Source of the DNA: a virus
Lineage: Duplodnaviria > Caudoviricetes
Virus record (IMG/VR): IMGVR_UViG_3300045257_000113
Coordinates: 1 to 52,349 of that record
Length of the DNA stretch: 52,349 bases
Strand: one strand, 5' to 3'
Part shown: positions 1 to 9,860 of the stretch, in pieces
Layout of the letters: each line of letters begins with the position of its first letter
Position numbering within the stretch: position 1 is the stretch's first letter
Program-made: the position numbers and the translations under genes
Notes under the pieces: generated by a model
What the model saw: only the letters and a program-made list of their open reading frames with translations
What the model was told of the DNA's origin: nothing
The model's database searches: none

Positions 1-2
1 AC

Positions 3-650
3 CCGCTATGCGATACCACTAATGAGGGCGTAAAGATCAACTACTGCCCCTGCCGCTGCCCGCTCGACGATCTCGACGAGTACGGCCACTGCAAACATTT
101 GGTGGGCCACACGAACACGATGGGTCTGCCGCGAGACGTGCCGCTGGCCTTGAACGACTTGCTTCAGAGTCCTCACTTCGAGCCGATTGGTCCGCTGGAG
201 CGCAAGAGTTTCTCGACAGGGCAGAACTTCGACACGGGCTATAAGCAGACCCTCGGCGACTTCACGAAGCGCGGAGGCAAGGTGGTGCGGAGCCTGCCGA
301 TCCAGCCCGGCGACATCATTGTGAACCCCACGCACTGGCAGGAGGGGCATAACATCCCGAAGCATCTCGCTGACAAGTGGGTGTCTTCGCGGGTGTACCG
401 ACCGACCGCTCAGGTGCCACTTGCTGAGCGTCCTCCGGTTGGTGAAGAGGATTCGGACGAATACGAGGCGAAGGTGCTCGTGAAGCCAACCGCTCCCAAG
501 CCTGACGCGACGGCGCTGATTCTCGAAAAGATCCTCGACCGTCTCGAAAAGATGGACAGCAAGCCCAAGCGGGTGCAGAAGCGAAAGACTCAGAAGAAGA
601 CAAAGAAAGAGCCGACCGCTGATGAAGAACTAACGGCCTCAGTGGAGTAA
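3..650 (+). CDS. Hypothetical protein, 5'-truncated, Cys/His-rich N-terminus, Lys-rich C-terminus
   Basis: The frame of ORF 99..650 is open back to base 3 (PLCDTTNEGVKINYCPCRCPLDDLDEYGHCKHLVG...). Confidence 0.75.
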   Translation, partial: PLCDTTNEGVKINYCPCRCPLDDLDEYGHCKHLVGHTNTMGLPRDVPLALNDLLQSPHFEPIGPLERKSFSTGQNFDTGYKQTLGDFTKRGGKVVRSLPIQPGDIIVNPTHWQEGHNIPKHLADKWVSSRVYRPTAQVPLAERPPVGEEDSDEYEAKVLVKPTAPKPDATALILEKILDRLEKMDSKPKRVQKRKTQKKTKKEPTADEELTASVE

Positions 651-654
651 ATCC

Positions 655-1638
655 GTGAGCGTAAAAAGCAATCAGTACAGTTCCGGTGGGCTCACTCAGG
701 ACACCGCTCGTGGTCCGTCTCAGGCTCTCTGGGATGATTGCCCTCTTGAGGACATGATTCAGTCGTTCGGCGGTGGCGTCGGCACGGCTGGGTATCTGGT
801 GCAGGACGACTTCTGTCCCATAGCGACCCCTTCTGTCCTTGCTGCGATTGGTCAATTGGGCCAATGGGCTACGTGGGCTGCCACGGGAACCACGATCACG
901 GATGGCGCCAGCGAAGGCGGTGTGGCCAAGATCAATGGCACCACCACCAACAAGGCTTGCATCCTCACCAGCAATGCGGGCATGTTCCGCATGGTGGGGG
1001 CCACAGCGAACTTCAGCCTGTACGGCAAGCTGTGGTTTGAATGCCGTCTGGCGCTAGGTTCGGTGGCAGCTAGTCAGCAGGGCGTCTTTATTGGGTTGGC
1101 CGACAACACGGGTTCCCAGATCAACTCTGTGGACACGACGATCATCGCCGCAGGCGGCAACACCCTCACCACGACGAAGAACGTCTTTGGCTTGTTTAAC
1201 CGGACAACGACTTGCCCCAACGACTTCAGCGTTGTTTACCAGCCGGCCGCGGGTACGGCGGTTTACCCGACGAACCTTACTACGCTGGTCAACACGGTGG
1301 TCGGGACGCCGATGGTTGCCTGGGCGGCCGGTACAGATCAGAACGCAACGGGCTTCGTGAAGCTCGGCTTCGTGTTCGATCCAACCGTGTCCAATCTGCC
1401 CAAAGTCATCAGTTCGGCGTCGACAGGCCAGACGGCGGGCACGCTGAACAAGCCGCTGATTCAGTTCTTTGTTAACGGGCAACTGGCACCGGCCTTCTTG
1501 ACCTCGACGAACCTTCAGGCCACGGCGTTCCCGGTCAACTGCTGCTGGAGCCCGGTGATCGAGTATTTCAACGTCGCTGGCGCCACGGCCCCGATCTACG
1601 TGGACTGGATTCGGATTGCCCAGCTCGCAACTATTTAA
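655..1638 (+). CDS. Virion structural protein (beta-rich, possible capsid decoration)
   Basis: 327 aa, rich in Thr/Gly/Ala, ends ...IYVDWIRIAQ, lies just downstream of the capsid gene; GGAG SD. Confidence 0.6.
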   Translation: MSVKSNQYSSGGLTQDTARGPSQALWDDCPLEDMIQSFGGGVGTAGYLVQDDFCPIATPSVLAAIGQLGQWATWAATGTTITDGASEGGVAKINGTTTNKACILTSNAGMFRMVGATANFSLYGKLWFECRLALGSVAASQQGVFIGLADNTGSQINSVDTTIIAAGGNTLTTTKNVFGLFNRTTTCPNDFSVVYQPAAGTAVYPTNLTTLVNTVVGTPMVAWAAGTDQNATGFVKLGFVFDPTVSNLPKVISSASTGQTAGTLNKPLIQFFVNGQLAPAFLTSTNLQATAFPVNCCWSPVIEYFNVAGATAPIYVDWIRIAQLATI

Positions 1639-1647
1639 GGAGCAGTC

Positions 1648-1986
1648 ATGAGCCACAAGGTTGAAGATAAAGAAGAGGCCCCCAAGCACGAGACTCACAA
1701 GCATGAGGCCTATAAGGCCGAGCCCCCCAAGGCCGAACCTCACAAGATCGGCGACAAGGTGAAGAACAAGGATGGTCTGGAGTGCCTCGTGGTCAACGTG
1801 GACAAGGACATGGTGTGCATCGACGACAGGGTGATCTCGGCCGATGGGCTGAGCGAGGAGAAGCCCTCGTCGTACAGGGCGTGGCATAAAGCTTCGGAGG
1901 TGACAGGTGCCAGCGAAAAGCCGACAGCAGCAAAAGTGGGCGTTCGCGGTCAAGGGGGCGAAGTGGGCTCGAAAGCATCACTTTGA
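1648..1986 (+). CDS. Hypothetical protein
   Basis: AAGGAG SD and coding-like composition; 3' end overlaps the next gene. Confidence 0.7.
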   Translation: MSHKVEDKEEAPKHETHKHEAYKAEPPKAEPHKIGDKVKNKDGLECLVVNVDKDMVCIDDRVISADGLSEEKPSSYRAWHKASEVTGASEKPTAAKVGVRGQGGEVGSKASL

Positions 1987-2059
1987 CACCAAAGGTAAGC
2001 TTCCTACTCGCGTGCGAAAGAAAGCGGCGAGAAAGACAAAGAAGAGGAGCAAGCGATGA
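1907..2059 (+). CDS. Small basic phage protein MPAKSRQQQKWAFAVKGAKWARKHHFDTKGKLPTRVRKK... (50 aa, not in ORF track)
   Basis: GGAGGTG SD before the GTG at 1907; the stop overlaps the next ATG (ATGA); resembles the common MPxKSxxQxxW small head-region phage proteins. Confidence 0.7.
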   Translation: MPAKSRQQQKWAFAVKGAKWARKHHFDTKGKLPTRVRKKAARKTKKRSKR

Positions 2060-2283
2060 AGAAGGGCAAAGCAAAGAGTCACACGGGCAAGATTCGTCAC
2101 GGCGACATGGGCAGCCTCATGGATGGTCACGGCAGCCCTGATCCGCTGGCCTCGAAGGAATACAAGGCCCACAATGCCGAGCACGGAATGCCCCACGGCT
2201 TGAGCCCGCAGGGTGAGTACGACAATGGCGGGGAAGAATCGGAAGCCGCTGGCACAGGCGGAAACTGCACGTATCACGAGTGA
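2056..2283 (+). CDS. Hypothetical protein
   Basis: GAGGAG SD, translationally coupled to the upstream ORF. Confidence 0.65.
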   Translation: MKKGKAKSHTGKIRHGDMGSLMDGHGSPDPLASKEYKAHNAEHGMPHGLSPQGEYDNGGEESEAAGTGGNCTYHE

Positions 2284-2303
2284 GCCGACCTTGAGGAATT
2301 AAG

Positions 2304-2939
2304 ATGGCAGCTTTTCAGGACTATGCCGGCAATTCCGCGACCGCTGCTGGTGGTCATTACCGAATCGGCTTCACCACAGGAGCCGTAACGGGTTTGACGG
2401 CCAACCAGTATTTCTTTGGCTGGCGCTGGAACGTGAACGCCTGGTCTTGCCGTATGAGGCAGATCAAGGTCACGGCCAACATGAACGTGGCCTTCGGTAC
2501 AGCGCAAATATCGGATGTGGCCCTATGGCGCTGCCAGGGTTGGTCGGTGGCTCCCACGGCTGGCACAGCCATCACCATGCCCACGACGAACAATCAGGTG
2601 ATGGCGGACCAGACTGTTGGCGCGAGCATGGCGCAGTTCAGCAGCTTTATTTCTACGGCAACCTTTGCTGGACTAGCTGCTATCGCGTCTACAGGCGCTC
2701 TGACCACTGGTTCGCCGACCGTTGACGCCAACCCGCTGGCCTACGACGTCTTCAACATCACCGCACTTGGATCGGCGGACAGGGTGGTTCTGTACGATAC
2801 GACTTTCGGCATCGACTACCCGCTCACCTTCGGCAACCTGGAAGGATTCCTGTTGTCCGTGCCCACAGCGCAGGGCGCCACAGGTAAGGTGCTCTATTAC
2901 GTCGATCTGGTCTTCCAGGCAACCAACACGGCGTTTTGA
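2304..2939 (+). CDS. Putative virion structural protein
   Basis: 211 aa, beta-rich Ala/Thr/Gly composition, in the head-tail operon. Confidence 0.55.
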   Translation: MAAFQDYAGNSATAAGGHYRIGFTTGAVTGLTANQYFFGWRWNVNAWSCRMRQIKVTANMNVAFGTAQISDVALWRCQGWSVAPTAGTAITMPTTNNQVMADQTVGASMAQFSSFISTATFAGLAAIASTGALTTGSPTVDANPLAYDVFNITALGSADRVVLYDTTFGIDYPLTFGNLEGFLLSVPTAQGATGKVLYYVDLVFQATNTAF

Positions 2940-3739
2940 TGGCTGAGAGTACTCTTTCTCTCAAATTGGTGGACATTCAGGCGAAGCTCGGGACATTCGC
3001 CGGTTGGGGCACAGATCCCACGGGATGGGACAGCAGGATGCAGGCGATAATCGATGACTCGACGCAGAGCGGCCTACGCCGCTTTTATTATCCGGCTCCC
3101 CTGGAAGGCGAGGCGCTCACGTATGACTGGAGTTTCCTGCGACCGCTGGCGACGCTGGCTTTGGCAAAGGGAGCCCAGAGCATTCCGCTGCCGGACGATT
3201 ATGGTGGGTGGGATGGAACGATCTCGGTAAAGACGGCATCGACAGTATCGCAGCCGTGGAGGGTGGAATGGTCGAACGCACCGCGAATCAGGGATATGTA
3301 CAGCGTGACTCCGCTGATGAACGGGCCGCCGATGTATGTGGCGGTCGAGTCGCTCAAGGGCACGACGCTCAATGCGGGGCAGAGATCGCAATTGATCGTG
3401 TTCCCGCAGGCCGATCAGGCTTACACGCTTCAGGGGACGTACTTTGTAAACCCCGACTATCTGACGGGTGCATTCCCATATGCACTTGGTGGCCCGGAGC
3501 ATATCGAAACCATCCTCGAAAGTTGCCTGGCAGTCATGGAGGAGCGGCTTGACGACATGAGCGGGGCGCACGCGGCAGCCTTCAACCGGAGGTTGGCGGC
3601 GAGTATCGGGATGGATCGCAAGAAAAAGCCGATCAAGTACGGCGAGAACCGGGACAGATCGGATGGGCAGGACTGGGATCGAGGGGACGTGCACTATTAT
3701 GCCCCAGCGGCTACCTACAACAGCCAAGGATTCAACTAA
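2939..3739 (+). CDS. Head-to-tail adaptor / tail tubular protein A-like
   Basis: Helical N-terminus, YDWSFL motif, LPDDY, beta middle and helical C-terminus typical of podovirus adaptors; position fits. Confidence 0.65.
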   Translation: MAESTLSLKLVDIQAKLGTFAGWGTDPTGWDSRMQAIIDDSTQSGLRRFYYPAPLEGEALTYDWSFLRPLATLALAKGAQSIPLPDDYGGWDGTISVKTASTVSQPWRVEWSNAPRIRDMYSVTPLMNGPPMYVAVESLKGTTLNAGQRSQLIVFPQADQAYTLQGTYFVNPDYLTGAFPYALGGPEHIETILESCLAVMEERLDDMSGAHAAAFNRRLAASIGMDRKKKPIKYGENRDRSDGQDWDRGDVHYYAPAATYNSQGFN

Positions 3740-4191
3740 TGAATAAGCGAGCGCTAGACCGCTTTCTCGAAGGTATGCCATCCGATCCGGTCATCCTGAC
3801 TGCTTCGGCCAATGTGGGTATGCGTGAGACTTATCGCCTGATCGTGCTCAAGGCGGCAGCAGGCTTGACTGTGACGCTGCCCAAGGCCACTGGCGCGGGT
3901 ACGCGGCTTCTCTTCGCCGTGGGCACGACTCTTACCAGCAACACCTACGTCATCTCGCGCGCCATTGCTGCTGACGTGATGCAGGGTATTGGCTGGGTGA
4001 GCTTCGGCACGACGAACGTCAACGGCTTCATCCCCGGCGCTGCGGACAACACGATCACCATGAACGGCACGACCTGCGGAGGGTACAAGGGCGACACCGT
4101 GGAATTGTTCGATACGGCCCTCAATTTGTGGTCTGTCCGGTTGTTCTTCCAGGCGACGACCTCGGCGGCCACTCCCTACTCGACCGTGTGA
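3739..4191 (+). CDS. Putative virion structural/decoration protein
   Basis: VTLPKATGAG and ITMNGTTCGGYKGD beta-sandwich-like pattern seen in phage head-region proteins. Confidence 0.55.
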   Translation: MNKRALDRFLEGMPSDPVILTASANVGMRETYRLIVLKAAAGLTVTLPKATGAGTRLLFAVGTTLTSNTYVISRAIAADVMQGIGWVSFGTTNVNGFIPGAADNTITMNGTTCGGYKGDTVELFDTALNLWSVRLFFQATTSAATPYSTV

Positions 4192-4194
4192 GTT

Positions 4195-4542
4195 ATGTCC
4201 CGTTACCGAAAAGCAGTTCAAACTCTGCGAAAGGAAGGCTTTGTGAGCGAGCAGACCAATGTTCAAGACGTGGCGGTGGTGGATAACACGCCGAAAATCC
4301 AGGGCTTGCCTCTGACACTGTTGTTCGACCCGGACACTCAACAGGTCCACCTGGTTTTCAAGCCGGAAGACTATAAGACCTGGGAGTTTGTACTGGCCAC
4401 TCTCGGCATGGCGACGGAGAAGGCCAAGTTGGTCCAGCAGGTGAACCATGCCGCCAGCATGCAGCAGGCCATGATCCAGCAGCAACAGGCTGCACAGATT
4501 GCTCAGTCGCTTCGGTCTCCAAACGGTGGTCGGCGATATTGA
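4195..4542 (+). CDS. Hypothetical protein, Gln-rich C-terminus
   Basis: ORF packed in operon. Confidence 0.65.
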   Translation: MSRYRKAVQTLRKEGFVSEQTNVQDVAVVDNTPKIQGLPLTLLFDPDTQQVHLVFKPEDYKTWEFVLATLGMATEKAKLVQQVNHAASMQQAMIQQQQAAQIAQSLRSPNGGRRY

Positions 4543-4555
4543 TGCTTCGAGCGCT

Positions 4556-4622
4556 GGGTTGCCCGCTATGCGGTCTCCTTAACCTGGTCAGCTCGGGAGA
4601 AGCGCCGCGGGCTACCCCTTTT
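4556..4622 (+). other. Intergenic long irregular hairpin followed by a U-tract
   Basis: GGGTtGCCCGC...GCGGGCtACCC outer stem, TCTCC/GGAGA inner stem, then CTTTT. Confidence 0.5.
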
Positions 4623-4633
4623 AGAAGGCACTC

Positions 4634-5236
4634 ATGTACCTCGACGAACGTAGCGATGCCGCATTTGGAATCAGCAATGCCGCGGGCATGGCTACGGGTC
4701 TGGTATTCCCGACCAACATTCCCACGATTGTTCCTCCAGAGAACCAGCCGCCAGGCCAGGGCGTGGTAGCCAAGGGCGATGGATTGATCCGCCTTGGCTC
4801 GCCGGATGGCGGTACAGCGCCGGCTGGCGTGCTCATTATTCCCTTTGGGACAGGTGGGGCAGGCGCGCAGTTCATGCTTCAGCTCATTGGCTGGTACGCA
4901 TCAAGCTCGAATTTACTCTGGGGAGCGGGGCAGGCGTACAACACCAAGCTTTGGATACCGATACTTCAGGCGCAATACACGATCACGCTGGGGCAAGAGG
5001 TTGGTGATCCCCAGGCGGACATTCAGACCCAGTACAACTTTGCTCAGACCATCGTGCAGACTTACGGACCATCCTTCTGGAACGCCAACTCCACACAGGT
5101 CGATGAGTGGTTCCTGAACGCCCTCAATGGCCAGACTGGCATGATTAAGCACCGTGTCTCGGGCGCTCGCTTTCTAGAGTTTGGCTATTCGCTCATCACA
5201 GCAACCGGGGCCAATTCACTTTGCGGCAAGATTTAG
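4634..5236 (+). CDS. Putative virion structural protein
   Basis: 200 aa ORF between the adaptor and nozzle genes. Confidence 0.5.
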   Translation: MYLDERSDAAFGISNAAGMATGLVFPTNIPTIVPPENQPPGQGVVAKGDGLIRLGSPDGGTAPAGVLIIPFGTGGAGAQFMLQLIGWYASSSNLLWGAGQAYNTKLWIPILQAQYTITLGQEVGDPQADIQTQYNFAQTIVQTYGPSFWNANSTQVDEWFLNALNGQTGMIKHRVSGARFLEFGYSLITATGANSLCGKI

Positions 5237-5245
5237 GAGGAATGG

Positions 5246-7960
5246 ATGCCTCCTCCTCGACCTATCATTCCCAAAGAATCGTACATCGACCTTCACTTCC
5301 CGCTTGCGGGCATCGACTTGTCCACGGCCTTCGACGAGCAGCCCAACCGGCCGCTGCCAACGGGCCAAGGATATGCCCGTACGACACCTGTAGGGGTCAA
5401 CGTACGTGCGTACGAGCCGACCACACAGCGAGCCCGTGGGGGCCAGCGGCCGGGCCTCCAGAAGTACGTACAGGGTCAACTCAACGGCAATGCCCACATT
5501 CAAGAGTTGAACGTCATCGTGGCCACGTCGGGGAACATCCCCGGCTCAGGGACTTTGGTGCCGTCGCTGTTCTTCTTTGACTTATCCGGCAACGTGGGCC
5601 TGAGCAATGGGGCGAGTACAGTTTGGGCTTACCCTTGGGGGCAACTGGTAAAGACCACCATCGCGGGCATCGGTACGGCTTCTGGTGGGCCAACGATGAT
5701 GGTCATTGACGGCAGGATCATTGGACCCCCGCCTACAAGTTGGCAATGGTCCTTGCTTCAGGCAGGCGGCTTACTCTTGGCCAATCCTGTTACGCTTCCT
5801 CAGCCGGCGAGCAGCATCAAGGAACGAGACGCCACGGTTTGTACGGACGGCACCAATTACTACCCGGTCGGTCTGTCGGTAGTGGTGACGAGCGTTTACA
5901 CCTTTGCGTGGTGCGCTCAGGGCGTGGATGCCGTGGGCAATGTGCTCTGGTCCACGCAGAACACGATTGCCACGACCTCTTCACCGAGCATGGTCAACGG
6001 AGATGACGCTATCCCCTGCGCCGCGATCTCGGGCAAGCTTTACGCCTGGTTTGGCACACTCGGCATCGTCTCGCTCAACTCGGCTACAGGTGGAAGCTTG
6101 GCGACATTGGCCACGGCTGCCGCGATCCAGCCAGCCGGGTACACGGTGATGTCGTCGGATGACGCTAGGGCTGCCCTGACAGGCGGGGCTATGATGGCCA
6201 CGCCGGGCACCAATTTGGCTTTGATGCTCCAGAAGGGGGACAACAGCGCCTACGGGGTAGCCCTGATTGCTCGAGCTGGCGGGGCGGTGGTGACATTGGT
6301 AGGGTTGGCGCCGCAGGCTACCAACGTGCCGCTCTGGATTTCTTCGGACGGCACCGATGTCTACGTGATGAGCCGGACAGTGAGCGTGTCGCCCGGCACG
6401 GCGGTTGTCCAGAAGCTTTCAGGCACGACTGGGGCGGTTCTATGGACTTCGACGCCGTTCTCGGTGGGCGGGACAGTCTGTTACTTTGCCGAGAGCACGG
6501 TGGTTCTGACCAACGGCGGGCTCGACTCGATCTCGCTGAACCCGGCAACTGGGGCCAAGGTGGGGGCGGGGATTGGGGCCAACATGCTGGCCCTTCAGGA
6601 CGGCGGGAACTACACGGGACCGGGCATTCCGGTTCAGGGGACAGGAGCAAATCAGGCCAATGCCAGCACGAAACAGATCCTTGTGGGCGTGGCGGGTGGA
6701 ACGGTAAAGGTTGCGTATGGTGGACTTTGGCAGAACGTCACAAACGGTGCGACGGCGCTTAACACGATTGTTGATGTCATACGCTCGGCGGACAACAACG
6801 GGCGGCTTTACTTCTGCGATACGACTAATTTTAAACTCTATGATCCACCGACTAATAGCGTTCTTCCGTGGACGGCAACGCAAGGGTCGCTACCAGTGGA
6901 TAGTAACGGAGCGTTGCCGCGGCTGATCTGTAACTGGCGTGGCAGGCTTTGCCTGGCGGGCATCCCTGGTCTGCCCTACAGCATCTTCATGTCGGCTCAG
7001 GGGGACGCTACGAACTGGAATTACTTCCCCAACCAGATCACCCCAACGCAGGCTGTGGCCTTTACCCCTGGAAACCTGGGAGTCATGGAAGACGTGGTGA
7101 CGGGGCTGATCCCCTTCACCGATGATGTGCTGTACATTGGCATGGACCACATGCTCTACCGGCTAACCGGCGATCCGATGGACGCGGGCCGACTAGAGAA
7201 GGTGAGCAGCATCATCGGCATGGCCTGGGGGAACGCCTGGACGCGAGATCCTTATGGCAACATTTACTTTGTGAGCAACCGCTGCGGCATCTACAAGCTT
7301 GCTCCCGGTGAGCAGCCCATGCGCATCAGCCAAGCAATTGAGCAACTTTTGAGCAACATTCCCCTGAATGCCGTGGTGATCCGCATGGCCTGGGACGATC
7401 AGTCTCAAGGCGTCCACGTCTTCATTACGCCTTTCTCTGCCCCTGCGCCGGCTGTCCACTTCTTCTGGGAATGGCGTACGGGCGGTTGGTTCATGGAAGT
7501 GATGGCCGACAACACGATGAACCCGCTCTGCTGCCTGAGCTTCTTTGGGGACAACCCTTCGGATCGGGTATGCTTGATTGGTTCCTGGAATGGGTACGTC
7601 CGGAGTTTCCAGCTCAACGCGCCGGATGACGACGGGACGGCGATAGCGAGCAAAGTGACCATCGGGCCGTTCTTGACTAAAATCACCGATGACGTGATGC
7701 TCAAAGAGGTCCAGGGGGTCATGGGAGCTACCAGTGGTCCAGTTACATACGCGGTGCGAGTTGGTAGTACGGCTGAACTTGCTTTGGGTAACTCCCCCGT
7801 GGTCTCAGGGACGTGGGGATCGGCGCGAAACCTATCCAATTATGTTCGTCGAGCGGGGCACGCTGTTTATGTGGATTTGTCGGCCAACAACCCCTGGGCG
7901 CTTGAGACCATTCGACTGCTCGTGGCGCCTTTAGGAAAAGTGCGAAGGCGAGGTATGTGA
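5246..7960 (+). CDS. Tail nozzle / tail tubular protein B-like beta-propeller protein
   Basis: 904 aa; N-terminal FPLAG...NVR...RGGQRPG; blades such as WRGRLCLAG, IFMSAQGD..NW, VTGLIPF and NIYFVSNRCGIY; AGGAGG SD. Confidence 0.7.
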   Translation: MPPPRPIIPKESYIDLHFPLAGIDLSTAFDEQPNRPLPTGQGYARTTPVGVNVRAYEPTTQRARGGQRPGLQKYVQGQLNGNAHIQELNVIVATSGNIPGSGTLVPSLFFFDLSGNVGLSNGASTVWAYPWGQLVKTTIAGIGTASGGPTMMVIDGRIIGPPPTSWQWSLLQAGGLLLANPVTLPQPASSIKERDATVCTDGTNYYPVGLSVVVTSVYTFAWCAQGVDAVGNVLWSTQNTIATTSSPSMVNGDDAIPCAAISGKLYAWFGTLGIVSLNSATGGSLATLATAAAIQPAGYTVMSSDDARAALTGGAMMATPGTNLALMLQKGDNSAYGVALIARAGGAVVTLVGLAPQATNVPLWISSDGTDVYVMSRTVSVSPGTAVVQKLSGTTGAVLWTSTPFSVGGTVCYFAESTVVLTNGGLDSISLNPATGAKVGAGIGANMLALQDGGNYTGPGIPVQGTGANQANASTKQILVGVAGGTVKVAYGGLWQNVTNGATALNTIVDVIRSADNNGRLYFCDTTNFKLYDPPTNSVLPWTATQGSLPVDSNGALPRLICNWRGRLCLAGIPGLPYSIFMSAQGDATNWNYFPNQITPTQAVAFTPGNLGVMEDVVTGLIPFTDDVLYIGMDHMLYRLTGDPMDAGRLEKVSSIIGMAWGNAWTRDPYGNIYFVSNRCGIYKLAPGEQPMRISQAIEQLLSNIPLNAVVIRMAWDDQSQGVHVFITPFSAPAPAVHFFWEWRTGGWFMEVMADNTMNPLCCLSFFGDNPSDRVCLIGSWNGYVRSFQLNAPDDDGTAIASKVTIGPFLTKITDDVMLKEVQGVMGATSGPVTYAVRVGSTAELALGNSPVVSGTWGSARNLSNYVRRAGHAVYVDLSANNPWALETIRLLVAPLGKVRRRGM

Positions 7961-9000
7961 TGCCTTACGGAAACTACGGTGGTTACGGTCATCCGGGCGG
8001 AAGCTACTCTTCCAACCAGAGCAACAATGCTTCCAGCGGATCGTCTTCAGGGTCGAGCAGTTCCTTCCTTGTGCCTGGAGCGCAGGCTGACTACGGCCAA
8101 CTTCTGGCCATGAACGAGCAGAACTACAAACAACTGCTTCCGCTCTACTCGCAAGGACAGGCCGCGATTGGGCAGGGTGTCGGCGCTGCCGAGAACACGC
8201 TTGGCCTGGGCGGAGCTCTAGGAGGGAGCAACTGGGGCGTGGCGCAACCTGCGGCCACAGCCATCCAGCAGCAATTTGCCGCGACAGGTGGGCAGATTAA
8301 GCAAGGGTTGGCCTCGTCTGGTCTGGGTAACTCGACGATGCTCGGGAACATGGAAAACCAGAACACCCTCTTTGAAGGACAGGCCCTCGGTGGGCTTGGG
8401 GCGCAGCTTGCTCAGACGGCGGCCGGCTACCAGATGCAGGGGCTTGGCATGGGCAACCAGCTCACGCAAGGGCTCTTGGGCAACCTTGCTGGATACCGCT
8501 TCGGCAATACGGCGGGCAATTTGCTGGGCACGCAGAGCGCCAACCAGTCGCTGAACAATACCCGTGGAAGCAGCGGCGGCAATCAAGGCTCGCCAGCGGG
8601 AGGTGGCCGTGGCGGGTATGGCGGCGGTGGAAGTTCTGGTAATCCGGTTGCTGGGGCAGGAGGCGGATTTGGTGGAGGCTTCGGCGGCGGGGCAGGTCTG
8701 CCGAGTTTTGGTGGCCCGCCTGTTTCTACGGCAAGCGGAAATCTGATCGGTGGAGGCAACTTCGGGGATGGATTCACGGGCGGGTATGGCGGGTACGGCA
8801 ATTACGCAGGGCAAGGGCTGCAAAGGAATAATCCGGGGGGCACGACTCAAGGCGCAGGTGAAGGCAGTGGCGAAGGCGGCCCAAACTACGCCATGCAGGA
8901 CGCCTTGCAGTTTTCTCAGCCCGGCTTCGACATCAACCGAGCGCCAGGCATTGTGGCGGAGCAAACACGCATGGCTTACCCAGGACAATCCAAACCATGA
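7960..9000 (+). CDS. Putative DNA ejection/pilot protein (Gly/Gln/Ser-rich)
   Basis: Low complexity, LASSGLGNST-type segment, directly after the nozzle as in podoviruses. Confidence 0.55.
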   Translation: MPYGNYGGYGHPGGSYSSNQSNNASSGSSSGSSSSFLVPGAQADYGQLLAMNEQNYKQLLPLYSQGQAAIGQGVGAAENTLGLGGALGGSNWGVAQPAATAIQQQFAATGGQIKQGLASSGLGNSTMLGNMENQNTLFEGQALGGLGAQLAQTAAGYQMQGLGMGNQLTQGLLGNLAGYRFGNTAGNLLGTQSANQSLNNTRGSSGGNQGSPAGGGRGGYGGGGSSGNPVAGAGGGFGGGFGGGAGLPSFGGPPVSTASGNLIGGGNFGDGFTGGYGGYGNYAGQGLQRNNPGGTTQGAGEGSGEGGPNYAMQDALQFSQPGFDINRAPGIVAEQTRMAYPGQSKP

Positions 9001-9860
9001 GCCGACCAAAGGTTCACTTCATCAGCGGCCTTCCCCGCAGCGGTTCGACGCTGCTCTGTAACCTTTTAGGCCAGAACCCACGCTTCCGGGTTGCGGGCAC
9101 ATCCGGGTTGGTGGATACTTTGGTCGAGGTTAGAAACAAGTGGGACCGGATACCGGAGTTCCGGGCGATGAAACCGCCGATGTCTGAGCGAAAGAAGATC
9201 CTTGCTCTGCGTGGTCTGTTCGACAACTACTTTGCTGGCCACTTGGAGGGGGACGAGAAGTACGGCGATGAAAGCACCCCCTGGATGGGGCACGTCCACT
9301 TCGACAAGTCTCGCTCGTGGCTCGGTCACATGGAAATGCTCGAAATGATCTTGGCAGGGCCAGCGAAAGTCATCGTCTGCGTCCGCGATGTCCGCGACGT
9401 GCTGGCCAGCCTGGAGAAGCTTTGGCGGAAGAACTCGGCGACTCGGCAGCTTCCCTTCGAGCGCGACCACTACATGCAGTGCCAGTCCTTGGCAGGCCGC
9501 TTAGCTCTCTGGACGGCGCACGACGGCATCGTGGGCCTGGCGTACAGCCGGATCAAGGATGCGATTCAGCGGGGGTACAGGGATCGGATGCTGTTTGTGC
9601 AGTACGAGCTTTTCACCAGTTTTCCGACAACTACGTTGCGACGGATTTACCAGTTTGTTGGTGAGCCTTGTCCGGCAGACGGGTTTCACAGTTCATCGAA
9701 TGTGGAGCAACTCACCCACGAAAACGACCTGGCTTACGACTTCCCTGGCCTGCATGAAATCCGCCCAAAGATCGAACCGCAGCCTTCCGACTGGGAGGAA
9801 TCGCTGGGGGAAGCGGGAAGACCGTTTGGCGTCTTGAATAAGCTTTGGGAGATGTCATGA
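8997..9860 (+). CDS. PAPS-dependent sulfotransferase (Sulfotransfer_3-like)
   Basis: 5'-PSB loop FISGLPRSGSTLL, 3'-PB motif VRDVRDVLAS, and LFVQYE...IYQFVG. Confidence 0.9.
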   Translation: MSRPKVHFISGLPRSGSTLLCNLLGQNPRFRVAGTSGLVDTLVEVRNKWDRIPEFRAMKPPMSERKKILALRGLFDNYFAGHLEGDEKYGDESTPWMGHVHFDKSRSWLGHMEMLEMILAGPAKVIVCVRDVRDVLASLEKLWRKNSATRQLPFERDHYMQCQSLAGRLALWTAHDGIVGLAYSRIKDAIQRGYRDRMLFVQYELFTSFPTTTLRRIYQFVGEPCPADGFHSSSNVEQLTHENDLAYDFPGLHEIRPKIEPQPSDWEESLGEAGRPFGVLNKLWEMS

